From an uncultured Gemmatimonadaceae bacterium (GTDB taxonomy: Bacteria; Gemmatimonadota; Gemmatimonadetes; Gemmatimonadales; Gemmatimonadaceae), in contig CAWBOC010000010.1 of NCBI GenBank assembly GCA_963790305.1, positions 352,001 through 416,000 of the forward strand: 64,000 nt of DNA, in the 5' to 3' direction. Shown in pieces: positions 56,728 through 64,000 of this stretch (positions within the stretch are counted from its first letter, which is position 1; every line of letters begins with the position of its first letter). The notes below the pieces were generated by a model. The model was not told the origin of the DNA. It did not search any database and saw only the letters and a program-made list of their open reading frames with translations. A program made the position numbers and the translations under genes.

Positions 56728-58626
56728 ATGCCGCAGTCCCTGACCATCCTCGCGCTGGGGGTGGTGGCGATGATGGGCCCGTCGACGTTCGACGACGTCA
56801 CCACGCCCGTTTCCCCTCAAAAGCCAGCGCGGGTCGTTTTCAACGACAATCGCACCCCCGCGGGTGCGCTGCGTTCTGGCGTGCTGACGCTGCGCCTCGT
56901 CGCCCAACCGGCGATCTGGCGACCAGAGGGTCCCAGCGCTCCCGATCTGTCGGTGTACGCATTCGCCGAAGAGGGGAAGCCGCCGCGCATTCCTGGCCCA
57001 CTCATTCGCGTACCTGTCGGGACGGAGATCCAGGTCAACGTCCGAAACGCGCTCCCCGACACGCTGCGCGTCTACGGGCTCCAGGACCGTCCGGCGGAAC
57101 GAACGGACAGCCTCGACCTCGCTCCGGGGAAGAGCACGCTGCTCAAGATCCGCGCGGCCGCGGCAGGAACGTACTTCTACTACGCGCGCACGTCGCGCGA
57201 CACCTTTCCGTTCGGGCACATGGCCGACGGTCAGCTGAGCGGGGCGATCATCGTCGACACCCTGGGCGCTCCGCAACCCGCCACCGACCGCGTGTTCGTG
57301 GTTGGGTTGTGGCGGGGTAACGAAACGCCGTTCGGAACGCCGGTCGAGAAGCGACAAGAGGTGCTCGTGTTCAACGGGCGCGCCTGGCCCAACACCGAGC
57401 GGCTGTCCTATAGCGTCGGTGACACGCTCCATTGGCGATTCATCAATGCGACGCGACGCGGTCATCCCCTCCATCTGCATGGGTTCTACTACCGCGTCGA
57501 CGCGCGCGGCAACGCGACGCGCGACACGCTCTTCGCCGAACCCGACCGACGAACGGTCGTCACCGAGCTCGTGGTGCGTGGAACGACCATGGGGATGACG
57601 TGGTCACCCCACACGGCGGGGAACTGGCTTTTCCACTGCCACGTCGTTGAGCACATCTCGGGGCACTCGCGACCCTCGGGCCTGTTTCCCGCGGAGCACC
57701 GCTCGCACGGCTCGGCCCCGGGCGGTGTCCACGAGATGTCCGGCCTGGTGATGGGGATTCACGTCCGGCCGAGACCTAACGATCCGGCCCGTCTACCCGA
57801 CCCGCCGCAGCGCGAGCTCCGGCTCTTCGTGACCCAACGCCCCGCCTTCTACGGCGGCCGCAGCGCCTTCGCGTTCGTGCTTCAGGAGGGCGATCGCGAG
57901 CCCACGTCCGACTCGCTCCGACTCCCGGGCTCGACGATTACGCTGGTGCGCGGGGAGCCGGCGGCGATCACGGTCGTCAATCGCGCACGGGAGCCGGTCA
58001 GCGTGCATTGGCACGGGATCGAGCTCGACAGCTACTTCAATGGTGTCGGTCACTGGAGCGGCATTGGCGAGCGTCTGGCACCGACGATCGCACCGGGCGA
58101 TTCCTTCGTCGCGCGCATGACGCCGCCGCGGGCCGGTACCTTCATGTATCACACCCACGCCCATGAGGTCGAGCAGATGATCGGCGGCTTGTATGGCCCG
58201 CTCATCGTCCTCGAGCCGGGTCAGCCGCGAGACCCGATGACCGATCGCATTCTCATGCTCAGCACGAGTGGGTCCGCCGCGCAGTCGCCGAACGTGAACG
58301 GGGACACGACGGTCGTGCCGCTCGAGCTCCGCAAAGGCACGACGTACCGGCTGCGCTTTCTCGCATTAGCACCTAACGAGGGCAGGCTGGTGCGACTTCT
58401 GGCTGACACCGTGGTACAGCGATGGCGCCCGCTCGCCAAAGACGGGGCGACCCTGCCCGCGAACCAGGCGGTCGCGCGCCCCGCGCGCTTGGCGATGGGC
58501 ACGGGAGAGACGTGGGATGTCGAGCTGACGCCGTCCGAGACACGGGAGCTGACGCTCGAAATCCTGACGGTGGGCCGTGGGTTGCCGCCGGTGCGAACGC
58601 GGATTCCGGTGCGCGTGCGGGACTAG
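56728..58626 (+). CDS. Multicopper oxidase domain protein (four cupredoxin domains)
   Basis: IPGPLIRV, HPLHLHG, WLFHCHVVEH, SVHWHG, GTFMYHTH, GLYGPLIV. Confidence 0.88.
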   Translation: MPQSLTILALGVVAMMGPSTFDDVTTPVSPQKPARVVFNDNRTPAGALRSGVLTLRLVAQPAIWRPEGPSAPDLSVYAFAEEGKPPRIPGPLIRVPVGTEIQVNVRNALPDTLRVYGLQDRPAERTDSLDLAPGKSTLLKIRAAAAGTYFYYARTSRDTFPFGHMADGQLSGAIIVDTLGAPQPATDRVFVVGLWRGNETPFGTPVEKRQEVLVFNGRAWPNTERLSYSVGDTLHWRFINATRRGHPLHLHGFYYRVDARGNATRDTLFAEPDRRTVVTELVVRGTTMGMTWSPHTAGNWLFHCHVVEHISGHSRPSGLFPAEHRSHGSAPGGVHEMSGLVMGIHVRPRPNDPARLPDPPQRELRLFVTQRPAFYGGRSAFAFVLQEGDREPTSDSLRLPGSTITLVRGEPAAITVVNRAREPVSVHWHGIELDSYFNGVGHWSGIGERLAPTIAPGDSFVARMTPPRAGTFMYHTHAHEVEQMIGGLYGPLIVLEPGQPRDPMTDRILMLSTSGSAAQSPNVNGDTTVVPLELRKGTTYRLRFLALAPNEGRLVRLLADTVVQRWRPLAKDGATLPANQAVARPARLAMGTGETWDVELTPSETRELTLEILTVGRGLPPVRTRIPVRVRD

Positions 58627-58991
58627 TCCGGCCCTAACGCCGCCGCCAGCTTTTTCGGCGCCGCCAGGCGGTATGCCTCGCGGAGGATGTCGCCCAGCTC
58701 CGCCCAGTCGCACTTCCCGTCGAGGTAGACGCCCACCCATCCGCTCGGGCCCACGTACGGCGGCTTGAAGAACCGGTTGGGTGCCTCGCGGATGAGAAAC
58801 TCCTGATTGACGTGCACCGACTTGCACCACACCGACGAGCGTCCACCGCCGTGGTGGGTCGACGCGTCCGCGTACATCGCGAAGATCTTGTTGCGCACGC
58901 GGAACGTTGGCTCGCCCCACGCCTCGACTTCGTGCGCCTCGGGAAGGGCGAGGCACATCTTGCGAAGGCGGGTCAGCGGCCGGGGCGGCAT
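58623..58991 (-). CDS. MmcQ/YjbR family DNA-binding protein
   Basis: CLALPEA, WGEPTFRVRNKIFA, FFKPPYVGPSGWVG, EAYRL. Confidence 0.9.
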   Translation of the reverse strand: MPPRPLTRLRKMCLALPEAHEVEAWGEPTFRVRNKIFAMYADASTHHGGGRSSVWCKSVHVNQEFLIREAPNRFFKPPYVGPSGWVGVYLDGKCDWAELGDILREAYRLAAPKKLAAALGPD

Positions 58992-59200
58992 CCTACCGGG
59001 CGCGCTTCGACGCCCCGCGCTTTCGCGCTGCTCCCCTCGCATTGGCGCGCCGCCAGCAGATCTCACATCGCGCGCCACGATACTTGTGTCCGCGCGAGCA
59101 GGTCTTCCATCCTGATTTGCGAGCCTTCGGCATCCGTCACTCCTCTAGGGTGATGATGTGGCGGCGAGCGCAACCAGACAGGCCCAGCGCGCGCGCGGCG

Positions 59201-59602
59201 TCACAGGCGCCGTTGTCCCTGGGCATCGCAGGCGAAGGCGCGGCCGTTGGCATCGTAGCACGTGCCGTACGGACTCCGTCCATCGCCGGTAAAGGCCGCG
59301 AGACCAATACCGACAATGGCGAGAACCACCAGCCCGGCCGCGGCCGCGGCAACAACGCCCAGCGTGAGTCGGTTACGCAGCGACCGCGGGTGGCGGTCGA
59401 GAAGTCCCCAGCTCGCGTAGCTCGCGGCGGCGCCGAGCATCGCCGCGACCGGCCACCAGCCAGGCGCGAAAACCAGCGTCGCCGCGGCGGCGACCGAGGA
59501 GGCCATCGCCTGCTCGACCAACGATCGGCGCGATCGCTGGCGCGCACGTGCGGCGAACATCTGGAATACCGTTTCCCCGCCGTCAGTACGGTCGACGACC
59601 AT
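59201..59602 (-). CDS. Hypothetical membrane protein
   Basis: Three hydrophobic segments. Confidence 0.55.
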   Translation of the reverse strand: MVVDRTDGGETVFQMFAARARQRSRRSLVEQAMASSVAAAATLVFAPGWWPVAAMLGAAASYASWGLLDRHPRSLRNRLTLGVVAAAAAGLVVLAIVGIGLAAFTGDGRSPYGTCYDANGRAFACDAQGQRRL

Positions 59603-59638
59603 GGCCACTCCGCCTAGACTCCAAACGCCCACTTCGAA

Positions 59639-60163
59639 CTACAGGAGCATCTCAAAATACACCAGGGGAACGCCGCGATAGGTCGCATCCCCGACGTGGC
59701 GGAACCCGGCTCGCGAATAGAAGCCGCCAGCCCCGGCCGGACTGTCGTAGGCGTCGAGACGGATCGCGTCCGCCGGCCAGGCGCGGGCAATGGCAACGAT
59801 CTCGTCGATGCACACCCGCCCGACGCCACGTCGCTGATAATCCGGACGCACCGCCATGTTGGTGAGATAGAGCGGCCGCTCGCAGCGGGTGAAATACGAT
59901 TTGTCGATTGCCCACGGCTTTCGTGTGCCGAGCGCGAACGTCGCAACCTCGGCTCGCCCGCTTCGCGCCAGCCACACCCTCGAGATGCGCAAGTCGTACA
60001 TCGTGCCTCGCTCAGTCGGCTCGCCCGACCAATGGCCCCGGCCGAATCGTTCCGTCAGATCCCGCGCGGTCGCGGTGCGAAGTGCGACGACCGCTTTGAC
60101 GTCCTCCTTCGAGCGTGCCTCGCGAAAACTCAGGCGCGTACCGGCTCCCGAAGGCTGCCTCAG
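59639..60163 (-). CDS. GNAT family N-acetyltransferase (start uncertain)
   Basis: YLTNMAVRPDYQRRGVGR, IRLDA, FYSRAGF. Confidence 0.85.
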   Translation of the reverse strand: MRQPSGAGTRLSFREARSKEDVKAVVALRTATARDLTERFGRGHWSGEPTERGTMYDLRISRVWLARSGRAEVATFALGTRKPWAIDKSYFTRCERPLYLTNMAVRPDYQRRGVGRVCIDEIVAIARAWPADAIRLDAYDSPAGAGGFYSRAGFRHVGDATYRGVPLVYFEMLL

Positions 60164-60558
60164 AGCGGAACCAGCTCGGTCGTCGTTCCCCGTGATTTCG
60201 CGCGGCCGAGGTCGCGCGCGTATTTCGACGAGCCGGGCGTATGGTATTTCTCGAGGTACGCGCGAGACACGGCATCCTTCAAGCGCTCGCTCTTCGTGAA
60301 CACGGCGCGAACACGGATCTCCCGTCCCTTCACGCTCACTGCGCCGCGTGGCTCCTCGAGGAACGTGCGATACCAGCTTCGTGGCTTGAGGCTCCACGAT
60401 CTGACGAAGACGCGATCGCCGACCATCACGAACCGAATGCCAATGAACCGGTGCGGTTCGGTGCCGGCGCGGATGCCGATCACGTTGTCGTCGCGCAATG
60501 CCGCAAGAATCTTCGCCGGGAACTTGCGGCGCGCGCGCGCCTTCGTGCTCGGACTCAC
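60160..60558 (-). CDS. DUF2255-like protein
   Basis: IGIRAG, VGDRVFVRSW, WYR, AYLEKY. Confidence 0.7.
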   Translation of the reverse strand: MSPSTKARARRKFPAKILAALRDDNVIGIRAGTEPHRFIGIRFVMVGDRVFVRSWSLKPRSWYRTFLEEPRGAVSVKGREIRVRAVFTKSERLKDAVSRAYLEKYHTPGSSKYARDLGRAKSRGTTTELVPL

Positions 60559-60709
60559 CGATCGGCCACCACGAACGCTCGCAGAGTGAGTGACAATGCG
60601 CCGTGTCGAACGGAACAGAGAGTCATCGTTGAACTCCAGGTCCGTAGAAGTCCCATGGGCGAACGGGACGGTACGAGGGCGGGCAGTAGGATAGTGCCGT
60701 GTTCGTCCG

Positions 60710-61387
60710 CTAGCCAGACACCTCGGCGATAAAAAGAGCGGAGGCGGGCTTCTGCGTGTTCGGATGGAGCGGCTCGCGCACCTCGAGAAGCCGGAATCCA
60801 CTCTCGCTGAAGAGCTTTATCCAGGTCTCGAGGGTGCGGAAGTACCAGGGTGCGGGATCGGTGAACTCGGTGCCGAACCCCGCCCACGAGCCGGTGCGCC
60901 ACCCATCCATGTAAGGCTGATCGCCGCTGGCGATCAGCGGGTGCAGCGTCTGCACGATGAGCGCGCCACCCTCGTTGAGCAGGGCGGGCGCGTGATGGAT
61001 CAGGTCGTTGACGGAATCCTTACCGAGCAGCGCGAAGTTCGCCACGGCGACGTCGACTCTGATCCGGAGCTCGCCTTCCGCGAGCGCCTCGTACGAGGCG
61101 ACATGAAACTCCCCGCCGCCGGCGCGGGCGGCCTGCTCGACGAGGGCAGGCACCACGTCGACGCCGATGGCGCGGATGCCCTGTGTCGCGAGAGCGCGTA
61201 CCAGCCACCCCTCTCCGCACCCAATGTCGAGCACGACGTTAGGCGACCGGCCGAGGACGGCGTCAATGATCGCCTGATTGGTGACGAGCGTGCGGCTCTC
61301 GATCTGGCTCTCGCGCACGGCATTCGTCCACGGCGCGGCGTTCTTGCGCCAGGAGTCGACGATCTTGGCGTCTGATAGCGGATCCAT
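60710..61387 (-). CDS. Class I SAM-dependent methyltransferase
   Basis: VLDIGCGEG, GVD, QTLHP, PWYFRTL. Confidence 0.9.
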   Translation of the reverse strand: MDPLSDAKIVDSWRKNAAPWTNAVRESQIESRTLVTNQAIIDAVLGRSPNVVLDIGCGEGWLVRALATQGIRAIGVDVVPALVEQAARAGGGEFHVASYEALAEGELRIRVDVAVANFALLGKDSVNDLIHHAPALLNEGGALIVQTLHPLIASGDQPYMDGWRTGSWAGFGTEFTDPAPWYFRTLETWIKLFSESGFRLLEVREPLHPNTQKPASALFIAEVSG

Positions 61388-61953
61388 CACGGGGGAGAGT
61401 CCGGTGTCGGATTGCAATCGCCATTCAGTGTCTTCCGCATACGAATCACGCGCAGCCCGAGCCCGTCAGGCATCCCGATCACGAGCTCCTCGACGGAGGC
61501 GAAGGCGAGGGCGCGATACAGCGGCTCGCCGGGCAAGGTGGATACGAGCTCCAACTCTCGGAAGCCGGCAGCCAGAGCGGCGTCGGCGCAGGCCTGGTAC
61601 AGCTGACGGGCGAGGCCTCGCCGAGTCCACAGGGGGTGAACGAAGAACGCCCTGATCCTTGCCGGTTCTCGCTCGGGATCGAGTACTGGGTCGGCAGCCC
61701 CTTTCATCTGGTCGCCACCATACAGCGTGGCGCGGCGGCTCCATCCCCCCGCGGCGACGATTGCTCCTTCTGCCTCGATGACGAAATACGTGCCGTCCGC
61801 GATCAGCTGCGAGTCGGGGCCAAAGACCCAGCGCAACGAGCTCGCGATCTGTTCTTCGGAATAGTATCCGGCACTCAGTACGCGAACCGAGGCATCAATG
61901 AGCGCCCGGATTGCCGGGACGTCGTCGACCGTTGCGACACGGAGGTCGGGCAT
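61387..61953 (-). CDS. GNAT family N-acetyltransferase
   Basis: DSQLIADGTYFV, ARIRAFFVHP..TRRGLA, TLPGEPLY. Confidence 0.9.
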   Translation of the reverse strand: MPDLRVATVDDVPAIRALIDASVRVLSAGYYSEEQIASSLRWVFGPDSQLIADGTYFVIEAEGAIVAAGGWSRRATLYGGDQMKGAADPVLDPEREPARIRAFFVHPLWTRRGLARQLYQACADAALAAGFRELELVSTLPGEPLYRALAFASVEELVIGMPDGLGLRVIRMRKTLNGDCNPTPDSPP

Positions 61954-62092
61954 GGGAGGCGCGCGACACAGAGTGACCCCATAGTAGAACCGCCGCTGCG
62001 TCACGGGAAGTAGCCAACGCGATGCTTGACGCTGTGCGCCAGGCGCCGTATCCCATTCTCCATCACGGTCGATCCATATTGACGGAGGGACT

Positions 62093-64000
62093 ATGCGGGG
62101 CATTCTGAAGCTGGTGGCGCTGGCGATGGCGATGACCACGCTCGTACCCGTCACGGCGCTCGCGCAGGGTGGCGCCATCCGCGGGCGCGTCGCAGACACG
62201 ACCGGAGCTCCAGTTGCGGACGCAGTCGTGTGGGTGGAGGCGACGGCGCTGCGCGCGATGACCGGTGCCACTGGTGAATACGTCATCAGCGCGGTTCCCG
62301 CAGGCCCGGCGATCGTGCGCGTCCGCCGCATCGGTTACGTCGACATCGCACCGGCGCCACGCGTCATCGTCGTCGCGGGCGGAACCGTCCAGCAGGATTT
62401 CACCCTTCGCAACGTCGCCAACACCCTCGCGCCAATCGTAGTCGGGTCACGCGCCACGCATACCGCCGCCGATGAGCTGGCGGTTCCCGTCGACGTGTTC
62501 ACGCCGGAGATGATCCGCTCGCAGGGCACGACCGAGACCGCTCAGATTCTCGCCCAGCTTGCACCGTCGGTGAATTTTCCGAGGCAGAGCGTGTCCGACG
62601 CGTCGGAGATCGTCAGGCCGTTCACCATGCGCGGCTTGAGTCCCGATCACACGCTGGTGCTGCTCAATGGAAAGCGCCGGCATCACACCGCGCTCATTCA
62701 TTATTACGGGGCAGGGCAGGGGGCCGGCTCGAGCGGCGTGGACATGAACGCGTTCCCGGCGAGCGCCATCGAGCGGCTCGAGGTGCTGCGCGACGGCGCC
62801 GCGGCGCAATATGGCTCCGACGCGATCGCCGGCGTCGTCAACGTCGTCCTCAAGGAAGGCGCATTCGCTCCCTTCTTCAGCGTCGACCTCGGCGAATACA
62901 TGACCAGTGAGGAGAACCCGGCCGCGCTGCCCGTCAATGGCGAGCGTCCGAGCTTCCCGCGCGATGGTCGGACGCTCGACATCAACGGTGGCTGGGGCGT
63001 CCCCCTCGGAGGCGGCTCACTCAGCCTGTTCGCTGAATACCGCGATCGCGACCCGACGAACCGGGCCGGACCGGACTCCGAGCCGCAGTTCGGGGGCGAT
63101 GCGGACGACGTGGTCAACGGCGACCTCGTCGCGAAGAACAATCCGATTCCGATGCCGAATCATCACTGGGGGGACGGGGCGTCGAAGGATCTCATGACGT
63201 TCGCGACGCTTCGCCTGCCGCTCGGTGCCGCCGGCGCCGCGGGCCTCTATGCGTTCGGCGGGTACAGCAAGCGCGAAGGTACCGGCTTCGGCTACTTCCG
63301 CCCGCCGTCGAGCGAGCGCAACTGGACGGAGATCTACGAGAACGGTTTCCTTCCCCGGTTCGCGCCGGACGTCGTCGATCTGTCGGCCGTGGTGGGGGCG
63401 AGAGGTATCGGGGCAGGCTGGGGATACGATTTCAGCATTACCTACGGGCGCAACGCATTCGAGTACAACCTCGACAACACGCTCAACACGTCGTTAGGTC
63501 CGTGTCTCGATGCGCCCTGCGCGCCCGGCCAGGATGGCGTGCTTGGAACGACGGACGATCCGGGCATCCCCAATCAAACGAGCTTTTTCGCCGGTGAGCT
63601 GGGGCTCTCGGAAGGGATCTTCAGCGTGGACCTGAACCGGGAGTTCGAGCTTGGGCTCGCCTCGCCGATTCACATTGCGATCGGCGCTGCTTACCGGCGG
63701 GAGAACTATGAGATCACGGCCGGCGAGCGGGCATCGTACATCAATGGCTTCCATCCAGCGTCGGACAATAGTATTGCACCGTCGGGCTCGCAGGTCTTCC
63801 CCGGATTTCGTCCGGAGGACGCCGCGGACGCCGACCGCAGCAACATTGGCGCGTACGTCGATCTGGAAGGAGACCTGGTGCCGAGACTGCTCGCGAACGT
63901 CGCGGCGCGATTCGAGAACTACAGCGACTTCGGCTCGAAGGTCACCGGCAAGCTCGCCATGCGCTTTCAGCCGTCTACGAAGGTCACCTTTCGGTCCGCG
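62093..64000 (+). CDS. TonB-dependent receptor (5' part; runs off the window)
   Basis: Manual translation: signal peptide, carboxypeptidase-regulatory-like domain, plug motifs RGLSPDHTLVLLNGKRRH and IERLEVLRDGAAAQYGSDAIAGVVN; RBS ggaggg. Confidence 0.93.
   Translation, partial: MRGILKLVALAMAMTTLVPVTALAQGGAIRGRVADTTGAPVADAVVWVEATALRAMTGATGEYVISAVPAGPAIVRVRRIGYVDIAPAPRVIVVAGGTVQQDFTLRNVANTLAPIVVGSRATHTAADELAVPVDVFTPEMIRSQGTTETAQILAQLAPSVNFPRQSVSDASEIVRPFTMRGLSPDHTLVLLNGKRRHHTALIHYYGAGQGAGSSGVDMNAFPASAIERLEVLRDGAAAQYGSDAIAGVVNVVLKEGAFAPFFSVDLGEYMTSEENPAALPVNGERPSFPRDGRTLDINGGWGVPLGGGSLSLFAEYRDRDPTNRAGPDSEPQFGGDADDVVNGDLVAKNNPIPMPNHHWGDGASKDLMTFATLRLPLGAAGAAGLYAFGGYSKREGTGFGYFRPPSSERNWTEIYENGFLPRFAPDVVDLSAVVGARGIGAGWGYDFSITYGRNAFEYNLDNTLNTSLGPCLDAPCAPGQDGVLGTTDDPGIPNQTSFFAGELGLSEGIFSVDLNREFELGLASPIHIAIGAAYRRENYEITAGERASYINGFHPASDNSIAPSGSQVFPGFRPEDAADADRSNIGAYVDLEGDLVPRLLANVAARFENYSDFGSKVTGKLAMRFQPSTKVTFRSA

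Noticed and set aside
48600..62000. Run of small accessory genes plus GTTAGGC/GCCTAAC (matching attC core GTTRRRY/RYYYAAC), suggesting an integron cassette array
   Set aside because: The motifs are single and mostly inside CDS, not paired around intergenic palindromes; no intI; several genes overlap one another.
183..63754. Many long overlapping ORFs in the six-frame track (e.g. 4258-5463, 13240-14688, 36973-38031 extension)
   Set aside because: Expected stop-poor alternative frames in high-GC DNA; Arg/Ala/Pro-rich and overlapping well-supported genes.

Overview
A high-GC bacterial chromosomal window. Gene content and style suggest Gemmatimonadota (inference). It holds about 63 CDS and no rRNA, tRNA, CRISPR array, integrase or transposase that I could see. 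Main blocks: a HAMP histidine kinase; an hcrCAB-like Mo/FAD/FeS oxidoreductase; a serpin; a diguanylate cyclase; Tat-TldD/TldE; an ECF sigma/anti-sigma/TolC/MacA/MacB-type operon; a DNA-repair locus; hydrolases; an ECF transporter; an RNase II-family gene; a run of small accessory genes; a multicopper oxidase; and a partial TonB-dependent receptor. The strongest candidate for an undescribed system is at 24.7-30.0 kb: nth-polX are divergent from a Rad52-like gene, a divergent ECF sigma factor and a tightly coupled S24 (LexA-type) autopeptidase that has no HTH, which would fit a RecA-triggered self-cleaving anti-sigma. Other signals: 14 hairpin elements in five families, each built from inverted 7- or 9-nt tandem repeats; a recurrent frame-independent (C)GTTAGG(C) motif; an RNB nuclease with three tandem S1 modules; a multicopper oxidase with permuted copper motifs; and a Mo subunit with Gln at the catalytic Glu position. 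Several genes carry single-base indels that look like long-read errors. All calls are by eye; no database searches were run.
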